Shown piece by piece: positions 42,001 to 57,000 of a DNA stretch of 64,000 nucleotides. The stretch is from an uncultured Planctomycetales bacterium (GTDB lineage: Bacteria > Omnitrophota > Gorgyraeia > Zapsychrales > Fredricksoniimonadaceae): assembly GCA_964483785.1 (NCBI GenBank), contig CAZACW010000001.1, positions 50,967-114,966 of the forward strand. Direction: 5' to 3'. The notes under the pieces are model-generated. The model was given only the letters and a program-made list of their open reading frames with translations. It had not been told where the DNA came from and made no database searches. The position numbers and the translations under genes are program-made. How positions within the stretch are numbered: position 1 is the stretch's first letter; every line of letters begins with the position of its first letter.

Positions 42001-45000
42001 TTCTTGGCAATCTCTTCGGGATTTAAACTGTCCCTGTTCTTTGCGAGATCACCTATCAATCTGGCCAAGGTATGAGATTGGGCTTCATAGTGAGCGATGG
42101 ACTCTTGCAGATATCTGGCGGACTCTAAAATATGCCCGAATTGAGCCAACAACATTCTGTTTTGTAAGAATTCGTTTAGACTGACTGTGTGGCCCAATTG
42201 CTGTTCAAGCCTTGCCTGACCTAATGCCAATGGTCTATCAAATTCGGCCCTGGAGAGACCATCTCTTCGGACCAAATCCTTGACCAGATCAAAATTGGCT
42301 TTCTGTTCTTTGGCATTGGACGAACTCGTCAAAAGATGCATGATCTTGTCAGCATATGATGCGTCAAATAACTTTACCAAAGCGTCTCTTAAATCCTGGT
42401 CTAAGCTTTCAGGGTCCCTTTGCCATGTATCCAAACCCTCCAGAACCTTGGCATGATCTGTGCCTGCCAAAAGATCCACTTCTCCCACCTTATAATGGGC
42501 CACCTCTTCATAATTAATCCGGTTTTTAAGCCATGTGATCTGATGGTCCAAGGCTTCCGCGTTTCCCCTGTCCCCTTCAGACAACTGTGATTGGGCTTGT
42601 TCTAAATGCCGCAAGGCTTGTTGATATCCAGCGATTCTTTCCGGCGCTGACAATTGGTTTTGTTTATAAATATCTGAGCTGTCGATCCCAAATAAACGTT
42701 GGGAAGTCCTGTCCCATCGGTTATTGACATTATCAATAAAGCTGTCCCAGTTTCCTTTATTCTCTGGTTTCGGTACAAACGCCGCCCCTTTGTCTGCGCC
42801 AAGATCGGTTATGCTTTGACCTTCTTGGGAAACTTGCGGGACCGGCATCAGTTTGCCTGTATAGGTAGACGGTTTTACTTGCGGAGCCACATCATGGGGA
42901 TGGGTGCCAAAGCCTAAAACACTGGTCCCATCTTCAGCGAATATGGGTTCCATGCGGGCCAATAACGGCCTTTGACCATTGGGCCGGTCAGGCATATCCA
43001 CAACACCCTGTAAGGTCAGGGTGGTGGGGGTCTTGGTGCCGTTAAGAATTCTATTTTGCAATAAACGGGAGCCGACTTCATAAAGTTCGTGGCCGCGCGC
43101 ATCGGTGTTGGTCACTATGGTGGTTTCTCTGGCGCCGTTTTCTCCTTCAGTGGTCACATACATACCATTAGTCCCAAGCATATTTTCAGCCATGGGAGTT
43201 GTGATGATCCTGAACGTATGGTCCACGCCATCTATGTTACGTGTATAAACCTTGACATCCGAATCAGGCATATAACTGGCCGCCTCAGCCGCGCCCAGTA
43301 CTCTTAATCCTAAGGCATCTTGACCAACATCAGCGGGTATGCCGCTGCTGGCGCCAACAACCACCACGCGCTGGTTACCAGGCAAAATAACTGGTAATGA
43401 AGAAGATGCAATGGACGGCCCCTCTGATAATGGAACTTTTAATCCTAAATCTCTTGTCGCCCAGCTTGTTAAATTCCCAACCGCAAGAAGGAAATTCCTA
43501 TCTGTATTAAAATTATCCAAGGCCCCAAAGGTCTGGTTCAAATGATTCTGGGCTGCCTCCGTATCGCCTCTGTTATAGGCAAGGATGGTTTCATTGAGAC
43601 CGTTCATGATATCAGGATTGCCGTTGGTCAATTCGTTCATTCTGCTGACAATGGGGATATTCTTCATGACTTCATAAAAATCTTCCTTGGCCAAGGCCCT
43701 GTAGGCTGGCAGACGGGTGAAGAGCGCATATCCTAATACTGTCTGAGCCGACGGTGAGATCACTGATCCATCTTCGCGGCCCATGGCGCCTGATGCAATA
43801 TGATCTGCTACATTAAGCAATCCATTTGATCCAGAAACAATGATCGGCATATAAACAATGTCCCTATAGGCGACCTGGGCCATGCCCGCATTTGTAACAG
43901 GCAAGCCATCTCTTGAAATATAGGCAACGTCCCTCATGCCTGGAAAACGATTGGCAATCAACTCTCCGGCGTTGAAAAATCTACCTAAAATTTGTCCTAC
44001 CCAATTCTGGCCTGAACCAAGTTCGACTGCCCCTCGAGTGTAAGCACCGGCATATCCCGTGGCTCTGGGCTGGACCTGAATTGCAGATAATAACGGCGCC
44101 ATCCAGACACCACTTTGCGGGGCGCTGATCATAGAAGCAAGCCAAGCCCTCTTACCTTCAGGACTCATTAGATCGATGATTTGATTATTTTGTTCCAATG
44201 CAAAAACAGGGATTTCCTTTTGCCCATATCTTGAATCCCTGCCAAGCCAATTATTGTCCATATATCTTTCTGCCCTGATCTCTAAACCCTTAGTCAATGC
44301 GCCCACCGGCATCATCATCCCTGACACGGCCGGCCATTTTAAAGCGCCCGAGGCAGAGGCATCCAATAAAATATCAGGATCTGCGCCCCATTTCTCAAAT
44401 TGATTCAATCCCATGCGCGGCATGGCCTTTAATACAGAGAAGCCAAACAAGCCTTCAACAGCGCCTGCGCCTGCTTGTATAATAGCTCTTGAAGGAGAAT
44501 AGGTTTCTCTCGTTTTCTTCCAAACAGATATGAAACCTGCAGGTTGATGATCTGTTAACAATTGCTGTTCATTGTGGTTGATCTCACTTGCTATATCAAT
44601 TGTTACATTTGCTGCCCCCATGGCTGTTGAAGAATAAGCAGCAGTTTTCACGTTTTCTAAGAATGATAATTTTTCAGTTGGTTTCCCATAACTTGTGGCG
44701 CGGGCCAGCCTGCGCAAGCCCAAACCTCCCAGTCCGCCGATTATCGCGCCTTCGGCAGCATCTGTAGTGAGTCTTGCCTTAGAAATTTGATCTGTTTGAT
44801 TGTCTCTCCACAATGAATACGCGTCATACGCAGGATTTGCAATGGCGCCGCCTACCATACCAACTCCTGAACGTAACCAGATATTGCTTTCAGCCAAAAC
44901 CTCTAAGGCTTGAAATCCAGAAGCGGCAGATAATAGGCCAAATCCCCCACCCCATTCGGCCCCAACACGCAGACCTTCCATAGCATGTTCACCAAAAGAT

Positions 45001-48000
45001 TTTCTATCTGATTCATTCTTTAACAAATCACCAATAGTTCCAGTTACACCAAAAATATTTGCCGCTAACATGGCTTGGTCACCAACCATATGTCCCATCC
45101 CACCTAATCTTTCTGGAGCCGACTTGGCAAATTCTCTAGCATACCGCATAGCGGATTCACCAAATATATTTCTTGCTTCCAATAACGGCACGGCCAGAGT
45201 CGCAGCGACAATGCCTGTGTCAAGCCAAGACATATCTCTTTCTGTCGCGGCATGATAAACCTTGCTTATACCGTAGGTTTCAGCCCCAATAGTCGCAGCG
45301 CCTATAATAGCCCTGCCAACGGAAGTATTTATAGCCCCCTCACCGATGATGCCTCTTGCTAAGCCGCCAATCATCCTTCCAGCCAAAGCTGGTGGAACTA
45401 ATCCAAATGCAGCCGCTTCACCAATAGATTGCCAAGTGATCCCAAAATCTCCTGTTCTTTCATAATTGATCAAACCCGCTGTCCCAACTGCGCCTAAATT
45501 AATACCTTCCCGTATAGCTAGTCCTTTTGCAAAATCACTGGTAAGGGCAGCTGCGATTGCTGATCTCGTTCCCCCCATAATCCCGACTAATTCTGCAGGC
45601 CGACCTGCTAATAAGGCCACCCCAGCCATATCACTAAAATTAATGGCGGAACCTGTATATAAACTAAATGCTCTTTTCCCGAATCCTCCACCCAATTCGG
45701 ATAAACCCAATGATACCCCTTCTCTAAATGCACCTCCTCCTAAACCAAATGTGGTTGTTGCAACAGCGGCGTTATAGACATAGTCCCCAAAACTTGCATT
45801 GCCATTAGAATTAGCGTATGTGAACGGAGCAGATATTAAGGTCCCTGCAGCGACCCTGAGTCCCAAATATGTGGCAGCTTCTACAAAAGCTTTTTTTGCG
45901 ATCATCCCGGCTATATTGCCTGCAAGCCCTGCTCCTCCTAAACCCATAGATAAACGTTCAAGTCCAGTTAATCCATTTTCATTAACTAAATCTTGATTAA
46001 TTGCCCTTACTTCAGCACGTCTTTGAAACTCCTCCGAACTGGATACATTAGCCAATCCTATGTCTTGTTTATGCAATTCCGAATCCATGGAATTATATCG
46101 AACAGTCATTTCCCCTTTATCATTAGGGACAATGACAGGTAATTTGTTGAGGCCCAAAAGTGTCGGGCTGTTTGAATAATCTTCCTGAGGATTGAGGGAT
46201 GGTCCATGAAATGGCTGAGTATGATATAAAGCACTGAAAAAATATGTAGCTTTCTTCGGATCTCCAAATATATCGTTCAATTCTTGGACAAGATTTCTAC
46301 GTTCAATCATGTCTGCGGATGAAGGTAAAGTATTAGTATCACTCATTTTCAATAATTTTGCGGCAATTTGTCTGGCTCTATTAAGGTCTATGTTGGTTGG
46401 GTTTTGTTCCTTAAGGGATTGGTTTCCTTGTGCCGGTGTTTCCTGGTTGTTTCTGGATAATTTTTGTCTGATCGCTGAGGCAATAGATTCCTGATTAATT
46501 AATGGGAAAGAAGACGCTGAGTCATGGAACTTTAAAGAATTGGAATCAAAATCAGTCTCGACTCTTGCGCTCCAGATTTTTCTATCTTTATCATCATAAA
46601 CAATCACTGTTCGCGTATCCTTATCATAATTTACTGCATAATTTTTCCCGTCAATGTTGATGATTTGAGATCCTTGGGGTGCGGAATACACATCACCACC
46701 GCCAGGGGCCGTAAACCCATAACGTCCGGCAGTGTTATACTCTATCATTTCGCCATTAGTCAACGTGCGGCCATTGGTCGTAAAAGATCCTTCGACTGTA
46801 TGAATGCCCCCGTTTATGTTCATCAAATTTGTCCCTGCGCTATTAAGCGTTCCGGTTTGGTTATTGATGTCAGCGCTCAATAATCCTTGGCCGCTGGAAA
46901 CATTGACCAATCCTTTATCGTCCAGGCTTGTGGACTTTAAAACCACCTCGCCTGGGGACGCCCACTTGACCGGTCCAATGCCGCCGCCTTCTTCCTTGCC
47001 CCACACCACATCGCCGTCAAACCCTAAACCATATCCGATCTTCATGCTGTCCATCCTGCGGTCAATATTGGGATTAAGACCAAATTCCTTAAACGGCATG
47101 AACCCAAAAACATTGGCTTCCTTGACCGCGGCCCCTTCGCCAACGCCTTTTTTGTCCCACGTGACCGCCGTTCCATGAATGGAACTTAAATCCCCATCAA
47201 ATGTCAGATGGGCATTGCCGGATGCATCGGTGGTTAAATGATTTACCAGGGCTGCATCGCGAACCATGATGTAACCGCCTGTTGAAGAATTTTCATTATT
47301 AATATTCACCTGTTGTCCTGACAACAAGGCAACGGCGGTGCCGTTGCCTTTGATGCCCATGGGCTGGCTGTGGTCCATGATGATATGGCCGCTGACGACA
47401 TGACCTGGGATTAACGGAGCATACCCGTTAGTGATTGTTTGATCTGTCACCGTTTGAAGGCCGGTTTCCGGTTCGCCCGGAGCTATTTGACCAAGCATGC
47501 GTATTGATTCAGGAGTATAAGCCTTAATGGGGGTGATGTTGCCGTTGATGATATGTTCCGCATTGTCCGCCAGCATCGCATGGTTGACATCAGGGGTCAG
47601 CATGTTATTGTTATTGGGATTCGGCGTCAAAAAGATGGATCCTTGGCCGTTGGTCTCAAACGCCCTTCCTCCCAAAGACATAGTGGTCCCTTTAGTGTCT
47701 CCCAGTAATCCTACATAATATTCTTGATAATCAGGATTGGGCGGTCCTTCCGGCATTTTCTCCCATGGCAGGGTGCCGTTCACGCCGATTCTTATAACCG
47801 GTGAATTGGTGATCTTAAGATAACCATTTTCTGGAGTTTCGATTTTGGTCACATGGTCCCTGAAGCCAATGCTTGAAACGGGGAGCTCTTCGCTATAACT
47901 TCCTTCAGGCGCATACCTGGTGACCTTGACAGGACCATCGACCTCGACATGGGTCAAGCCTGTATTCATGACCCAATTGCCGCTATTCATCATGGAAACG

Positions 48001-51000
48001 ACGCTCGTGTTCTTGTTGGGGACATTGTATACTGCTGTTTCGCCAGGGGCCTGGACGACTTGCGAGGGCAAGGAATTATCTTGATAAAGTTCCAACTTCA
48101 TGGTCCCTTGTCCAAACCTCATGCCATTAGGCCCACCAAAAGTCACATCACCGCTTCCAAATCTTATTTCTCTGCCATTAACATCCGTTCCAAAGGAAAC
48201 CATGTTTTCAGGATGAAACAGCGGAGGCTCCGGCTCACCGGCGGCGATACTGGGGCCCCAAGAATTATCCATAGGACTGACGAATTTGACAAACCCACCG
48301 GATTGCTGAACCAAGGAGTGGCCCGACTCTCCATATAAAATTCCGGGATTCAAGGACAGTTTTTGATCGGAAACTTCCATCAACGACAAAGGCAGTCTCT
48401 GGTTCTCGCCGGTTGCATCCAATTGTGCAACAGTCCCATATAATCGCGAAGCAATGGCATTTTCCATGCCACTGATATTGATTTCTTGACCTTTGGCTGG
48501 AGTACCCTTCTCTCCAAAATCATGAAAGGTCAAAATTGAGCCGACCACAGCCAATGCCTTCCCGTCCTGGGTGATCTGGGCCTGCATTTCTTTGGCTGGA
48601 CCCATAGGTACTCTTTCTCCGAAATCAGAAACTGATACGGCCTGATGTGTGAATTTAAGTGTTTGCTCCCCGTTGGGCGTGATAAACATTGAAAAAACAC
48701 CGTTCAAGCTCAAATAAGTCGTGACTGTGACATCAATCTTCGCTTCCTGACCGTTTTCAGGTTTAACCGGTGTCATCATGTCATAGATGCCGTTAAAACC
48801 ATTTTTGTTGATGGGCGTTAGTTTTGTCCCAAATTGATTGGCATCTACCTTAATGTCCTGCGATTGAATGACATATCCTTTATCCGAATCCGGCGCCCTA
48901 ACTTGCTGGTCCTTGGGGTTGATCAAAATAGTTTTGCCATTTTGATCGGTGGCAATAACGAAATTTCCTTGCTGGGTGGATATCTCGTTGACGTAATTGT
49001 ACCGGGCCTTGACACCGGCGCTGATTCCTTCCACATAACGGCTGACGCCATTGTCTGTCACTTCCGTATGGATGCCTCTGGCCTCATCATCTAAAATGTT
49101 TCTCATAAAGTTGGAAGGTTCAATCAACCCTACTCTTATGTTGCCGACCACAGGATCAGACGTTTTTCCAGTTAAAGTATTCACAAAGTTGCTGCCATTC
49201 CATTGAATATTAAAACCAAGTAGTGCGCCACTGCTGTCGTGATTCTCGCTCTCTTGCAATATACTCCATAATTTGGCTGTGCGCTGGGCATCCAGGCCAA
49301 GCCCTTCTTTTTCATATGCTTTGCTGGCAGAAAAATAAAGCGCCTCTGCCTGGACATAATCACCTTTATTTGAATAAACTTTGGCCAGTTGTTCATAAAT
49401 TAAACCAAGCTGCTTTGGAGCGGCTTTGCCGTCCGAAGATTCATCAGCATGGATGGCTTGCTCCAAGGCTTGCTGATTTTCATGAATTGAAAGCAGGGAA
49501 ACGGCCAATTGCTGGCTTTTGACAGCTTCGGCGCCGAACCCGGTCAGATTGGGGTTCAAATAAACTTGGTCCTTTACAGCTGGGAGCTTTGTCCCATCGG
49601 CAAATTCAACTTCCGCATTTGCGCCATAATCTTGCAGGTAGGTAAAATCCCTGACCTTACGCGCATCATTGTCAAAGATAGCCACGTGAGGTTCACCCAG
49701 TTTATTGATATAAACAATATTCCAATTCAATCCCATCAATTGAGCCAGTTGGGCAATCTGGGTATGGACATTCACGCAAGGACCTAATAAAGCTGTTTCT
49801 TCAAGTGTGGGTTGGATATTTCGTTTACCTAAATTATCCAGCCAATCACCTATGAGACCTTTGTCGCCATGGGTCATTTCCATGATGGCTTCAGCCAATT
49901 GGATAAAACCTAAATTACCGCTTTGATATAATTCTCTGGCCTTATCTCTGATGGGAGCAAAATTTGCTTCATTATCCGTGAGAGGCATATTATCTTTGGC
50001 ATAATCCACCAGCCATTGGGGCGCTGACCTTAATATCTTGTCATCTGTATTGGCATTTCTGATTTGTTCATAGCTGTACAATTGATTGCCAATATCAACG
50101 TAATTTGTCTTGCCGTCCAAGCTTTTCCAAATAATGCCTTTGGATGGGTCGAACACTTTCACCACCGTGATGGTTTGATTGGTCCCTGCCTGGGGTTCCT
50201 TCATTTCGATAACAGCATTCCTGAAATCCTGCTCCATGCTGCCGGAAAGATCGTAATTGACTCTGGACAAGAGGTTTTGTTTGTCCGCAATTCCTTTTTC
50301 ATTAATCATGGTGGTAGGAATAAGATCAGCCGGAACTGATCTCATCAAATCAATATCAGGTTTTCCAGAATTGGATTTGTCTGCTTTAGGGCCAAATTGC
50401 GGTCCTTCGCCGGGGCCATTGACGTAATAAAAATTTTGCAGACCATTGATGCTTAATTCACCCTGATATTTGCCGTCTTTTTCAAGAATCAAACCTGTGT
50501 AAGGCAAAAGTCCCAGGGACGTATCCGCCATGCGGTACATCTTGTTATCAGGAGCTAATTCTATGACGTTTGAAATGATTGGGACGAATTTACCGTCTTT
50601 AAGACCAGTTTGAAAATCAATTCTCTGCACACCGATCCCCGCCATGATGGCATTCGCCTTGGAAGTGCCCTTATCAGCAACATAAACATAATCATTGGGC
50701 AGGGCCATATAATGAAATCCGCCGCGCACCAACTGGATATTGCCAATATTATCGAAAGCCAAGGTGCTGCTATTATCCAACACAAGATTACCGTGCACGT
50801 CTCCCTTGGTCAGGTCCCTGATTCCCGCAATATTAAAATCATGGCCGCTGGCATTCTTGATGATTTCTCCCCTAAAATCCTGCTCCATGGAACCGCTCAG
50901 TCCGTATTGGACATGGGCCAAAATATTTTGATGGTCAACAGAACCATCGGACTGGATGGTGCCGGTAGGATGATCGATTGGCGGCATGGTTGTAAGATCA

Positions 51001-54000
51001 CCGCCGCCTGATTTTAAACTGATATATTTTTGCACCGCATTGAGGATTTGAGGATTTTGATTGACGAACTTGTTAATATCGGCGTCAGACCTGCCTTCCA
51101 TGGAACCATAATCAACATGATTAGGATCGCCTGCAGACAAATCTCGATATTGTCTCCACAATTGTTTGACCTGTTCAGCGAAGGTATGCGGAGAAACCTT
51201 GGAGCCGTCCACAAAAGACGCTCCCTTGATGTCCTTTAAGCCGACCGCTCCTCCCTCTAAGGTCAAATTAGCATAATCATGCAGGCCCGTGAGAGTATCA
51301 AACTTACGGTAAAGAGGGTTGCTTTGGTCCAGTTCTTGGACGCCGGTGGTGACACTGGCGTATTTGCCGTCCTGCAGTTTGACTGAGGTAAAGTCGATTT
51401 CCTTGACCCCCACGCCAGCTGCCATGGGTTTTCCGTCAGATGTGCCGGTCAATCCGATAAAGTGATAATCATCGCTGTTGGCTCTATAAAACCCCGTGCC
51501 GGAAACATAATCGACATTACCACTGCGATCGTTGAAGCCCATGGTGCTGCCATCGGTAAGCCCAAGAAAACTGTGAATGACTCCACTGCCGCTTAAGTCC
51601 CTTACGCCGGCCAAATTAAAATCTCCGCCAGTGGCATTTTGGATGACCTCCCCCCTAAAATCCTGTTCCGCGCTTCCGGTGAAGTTACTACCCAGGTTCA
51701 AAATCAAATTTTGGTTCGTAATTGTACTGTCAGGCCGTACAATCCCGGTCGGAGTGGTGTTTACCGCGGCTGATGTTTCGGTTGCAGGCGCCGCAGAAGC
51801 ATTGGCCTGCTGTCTGGCTTCTTCCGCGGCATTGTGCGGAGCATTCTGCGCACCCATAATATAGCTTTGATCTTTTAAATTTCTCGCCACAAGTTGGGAA
51901 GTGCCTGTTGAGTTGACAACGATGCCGGAATCAACTCGGGCCCAGTTGCTGCCGCCATCCACCGATACATCATTGAGCCCTTGTACGGCAATGGGCATGC
52001 CGTTTTTAAAATCAAGCCTTGTGAATCTAGCAATCACATCTTGGCCGATGCTACTATACGTATCGGCATAGGCCTGGGTTCCATTCACACCATGGTAACT
52101 TGATATAGGAAAGACCGCGGCCCCTTTATCCGCAACAGAGAAACCGTTTTGATCAATGGTCACCTGACCAAGCTCCCTTAAAGGTTGATTGTTTTGGGAT
52201 GAGGCCACCGCATCGAAAACAGCATATTGCTGTTTCCCATTTGAATCCAAAACCGGTTTTCCGGTTTGGGGATTGATGGTCGGCTGGATTTCAGCGATAT
52301 ATTCGTTAATGCCCCCGGCAAATGAAATTTTCAAGTTATGGTACATGGGTGAAAACGAAATGCCTTGGTTTTCAAGGGCCTGGGAGCCTGATATGTTATT
52401 AGGAATGTTTGCAATCAGCGCCTGACCATTGGTATTGTCTTGGGATACGGTGCCTTCATAAATATGGCTATTGCCGATTTGGATCGTATTTTCAAAGGAT
52501 CTAAAGGGCATTGAGCTCGGAGAAGACGATGCGTCTCCATTTGGTATTTGGGTCTGTCCCGGGACCCAGGCCGCGCGGCTTCCTGATGCGGCAAGGATAT
52601 CTGTAAACATGGAGGTGCTGTACTTATATTCCCCAGCCGCCTTTGTCGCCAAATCCAACCGCGTTCCCGTGACGTTTTGGCTGAAGGGGGTATATTCGCC
52701 ATTAAGCTGTAAACCTTGAGAGCCCTGTCCATACGTCAAACCATTTAATTTTTCATTGTTATTGGCATCAATGAGATAGGTGGGATTGTTAAATTTCATG
52801 GACATCAAGTCTGTCCCCTCCAGCAGTCCCACGCGATTGACGTTCAAAAACGCTCCTTGATAAAGTCCATTGACGCCTTGCTGTCCAAAGCTTACAAAGG
52901 AGCCTGTTTGGGTTGAATAATCCCCTTTTTCCGTGCCAAAAATGGATTGATCTGTCCCAATCGGAATCAAGTTGGGTTTTTTAGGATTTGTTCCGACATC
53001 CCCAATAAAAGCCATGGCTCCAATACCAAAATTGTTATCCTGGACGGTGACCTTCCCATCGGCGGGTGTGGCAAGATTAAATCCGCTGACCACATATTCC
53101 AAATTACCATGTAATCTGTCAGCCTGAGCATTGGGAGTGGAATAAATGTTGTAGTTGGCGTTTGATAAAAATTTGATTTCACTGGACTTATCGGTTCCGC
53201 CGGATACAAATTTCCAGGCGTCCCCCACCCCGGCAAAATAAGGAGAAGCGTTGCCTCCATTCAAGTCCCAGGTTATGCCTGCTGATGTTATTGGGAATGA
53301 AAAACTTTGATTTCCATTTGTTGTTGTTACCTTTCCATTTGCGCTATATATCATCGGAACCATGACAGGGCCATTGGGCGTCATCACAGTATAAACAGAA
53401 GTATTTCCGATTAAAGTGCTGTTACCGGATTTGACATCATTCGTTTGCAAACTGCTCTGTCCTAAGGTGCTTTCACCAAAGGGCGTCACTGCTGTCGAGT
53501 TTGATAATGGTGTCAACGCACCTGGCTTTCTGGCGTCCGCATCATTCGCTTGGACTAAATACATTAAATTGTGGCCTCCTAAGAATCCCGGGAGGGCGCT
53601 TACTTGAACATAGGTTTGCCCTGGTTCGGTCGGAGTGACCTCATGCTCATCTTCAGGCCGGCCTGAGCCATTGCCGTCAGTTCTTACAACCCCGGCATTG
53701 ATGAATTTTTGACGAATCGATGATCCATAATCAGGGTTAGGATTGTGAAGTTGAAAATCAACCCATTGAGTATATGACATAGGTTCGGCACCCATGCCCT
53801 GGCTATTGAGATCATGCTGTGCTGCAGCGTAAATTTGATATTTTTGAGGTGATAAGTACTGCTGCTTTAATATATCGACCTCGGTTATGTTGTCCGGGAC
53901 AGCGTCTGACATTGAAACTGATCCATCCGGATTGGTGGTTAACGCACGCGGCTTAAAAAGATCGGCATATTGTGCGCCAGTTGATGGTATTGAACTGACT

Positions 54001-57000
54001 CCTAAGATTCGGTCCAACTCGTTATCCTGAGTGGCTAACTGAGTCGGAGGCTCTGATAAAGGATTGCTCTCGACTTCTGTTTTATTGATTCTTGCCGCAT
54101 CGGGGTTCGGCGCATTGATGGGAGCCGGAACTACAATGTCCGGCCTTCCGGGGATTGCCGTGATGGAGCCTGGAGGGTATGAGATTTCCACTCCACCCGG
54201 TTTTGCTGCTTCAACGAAAGGGGCCGACATTATCGTTCTCGTAATGGTGGTACCAGGATTGCCACTGGTCGTCATTGTGGATCCAGTGTTGGCAGATGTC
54301 GCTGCAAGCGATATTGAATTGCTCGTTAAATTTTGTGAGGCCAAATCTGTAGACAACAACGGCAAAAAAGTGCCAAGCAGGCTTGATCCGCCCGTATAAG
54401 CCGAAGCTACGGCTGATGGACTGAATGGATTTAAAGAGCTTGTGGCATAGTCAAGGTCTGATCTTCCACCAATTGGAAGTGAAGCTGTGGATATAACGCT
54501 GTCAGGAGATCTCATCAGACTACTGGCTTCTTCTTGGGTCATGGACTTTCCTGTCAAATACTGTCTCATGGCCATCGCACCACTTAGAAAATCAGACTGG
54601 TCAATCATCAATGTATTGGGGGTGACGACCCTCAACATAACAGGCGCTCCGATTTGTATTTTCTTAATGGCGTTGATATGAGGTGGCGGTGGCGGCGGAT
54701 GCAGGATATTTTTTGCCCGCCGATCCAGAAAAACTTCATTGAGCGAGGCCGGCATGCCCCTGCGGTTAAAATTCACAACGCCTCCGCGTCCTTGGCGATA
54801 TCCGGCCAAGACGCCGTTGAGTAAAAGGGCATCAAAGGTCAAGGCCTGATACCCTGTAAGATTATTGATGGTCACATTGCGAAAATCACCGATTAACACC
54901 GCATTGGGAGAGGTGAAATCTGAAATTTCGATATTGGCACGCTGAGTGCCTTGGGTGACAATAGTTGTGTCATGCGTATCTAAACCAACGGTTAACGTCC
55001 TGCGGTCAGGATTGCCCTGAGGTGACGCACCGCCTCTTTGTCCCTTGTCAAGGACGGTCTGGTTTAATATGAGCGGCGCATTCCCGCCATTGATCAAAAG
55101 ATACGGCGAGCCGCCTGCTTCAAGGCCCGCGCCAAGACCATTGGTTGAATCAAAAACTTTGCCCGGCCCCAAGTCCAGAGCGCCAATGGAAAAGCTTAAG
55201 AAGGTCTTCTTGCCCTGTGGAGATTCTACGACGGACAAGTTGATGTCCTTCAAAATGGAGCTCATGTCTTTGGGAATATTTTTGACGCCCTCAAATTGTG
55301 AGCCGGCCACATCCAAATCCACAAATTGCGTGGCAAGATCGCCGGTGGGCTTATCAATGACCACGCCGTCGCGGCCGATAGAAAATGTCTTGCCCTGCGG
55401 GATCCATGCGCCGTTTCTTTCCGCAGCCGTCCTGATCCTGCCTGTTGTAACATAGTTATTGCCATTCCAATACCCTTGAACCAAGGTGGTGAATGACGGC
55501 AAGGACCCGCCCACAACAGTCAATTTTTCATTGGTGAACAAAGGTTTGGTGGAAAGGCCAAGACCCTGTTGGCTGTCGATCGTTATGTCCGCGACATGAT
55601 CGCCTTTGGAGACACCCAGGTAATACAGATCCAGACCCCCTCCGAGGGGAATGTCCTGGATCGTGCGGTTGGCCATGGGAAACTTGCGCGGCTTGATGCC
55701 TGTATTTTTGCTGGGGCTGTTTTGAATCTCCTGGCCGGCGGAGTTGGGATCAATATTGCCTTCCTTGGGGCCGATGATGATATGCCCTGCCTGGTTTGTA
55801 AAAATATTCACGTAATTTTTCGTGATCCCTAATAAGGCAGGCACAAATGCATTGGCCCCGGTGGAGATAATGTAAAGATCCTGGGAGCTGGGCGTTAACG
55901 CCTTGTCCAATACCCAGCCCGTGGATTCATTGCCGCTGGCGGTCCATCCGGGCAATCTACCCTTCGGGGCCGCGATGCCCGCGCCAATGTCCCCATAAGC
56001 CGAGAACGTGATTTCATTGCCATAGGCCCCTTTGTCCGTAAATGAAGTGGCATTTTCATAAGTGCGCGGCCGTCCGGCGTAGCTCATGGGCATGATGCTG
56101 TTTTTGTCTCCGCCCCTGATCCCTGCGCCCCACATCCATTTCCCGCCAAAATAAATGCCTTGATTTTGGACCTTCTTCGTAATCGGTGTGGCGGCAATCT
56201 GGTCCGGATCAAACCACCAGGCAGCCCCTTTGGAAAAATTATTGCCCGTGATTTTACCGTTGTAAACATACCCCGGTTGCGAAGATGCATTAACAAGATC
56301 AAGATTGGCAAGATACCATTCACTTATGCCGTTAAGTACGCTGTTGGTCTGGACCCCATTGATGTCCGTGATATAACCAAGCTTTCCATGGGCCGTTGAA
56401 CTGATCGGCGCAGGCGTTGATTCACCCCCCTTGGTCGGCTTCATTAAAGTATCAAAGGCCCCCCCGTTGGCGACCAGAACAATGCCGTTATCGCCGTTGC
56501 TCAGACGCCGGACCGCGGCCCCGGTGATGGCGGCGGCCAGGGCCCTGCCTTGCTGGGCCTCCACGCGCATGCCTTGTCCAATAAGTTCCGCATAAGCGGC
56601 GACTTCCTTGTCTCCGCCCAAACCATTAGGACGAATGGCCGCCAACCCTGATACCTTGGCAGAATAGTACGACGGATCCTCGGGAGATCCAACCCCATTG
56701 GCGCTGGGTGATCCAAGCACATTGGCGCTAAAGCCCACCCATCCGCGGGTCGGGACCCCATTGATAAGATATCTATAACCATCGACCTTCATCGCCTTGC
56801 CGCTGAGCGTTATGCCGCTGCAAGCGCCGGATGCCTCGGCCTTGCATATGCCTAATTCCATTTGGTTATTGGCCCCTTTTTGGGCGCCGTATTGAAAATT
56901 GGGTAAAAAGTACATCAGCGTTTGCCTGACGGAATCATCCATGTAATAAGGATAGGTCGACTTTCGAAAATCTTGTGTGATGCCGGAATTGGCAGAATTA

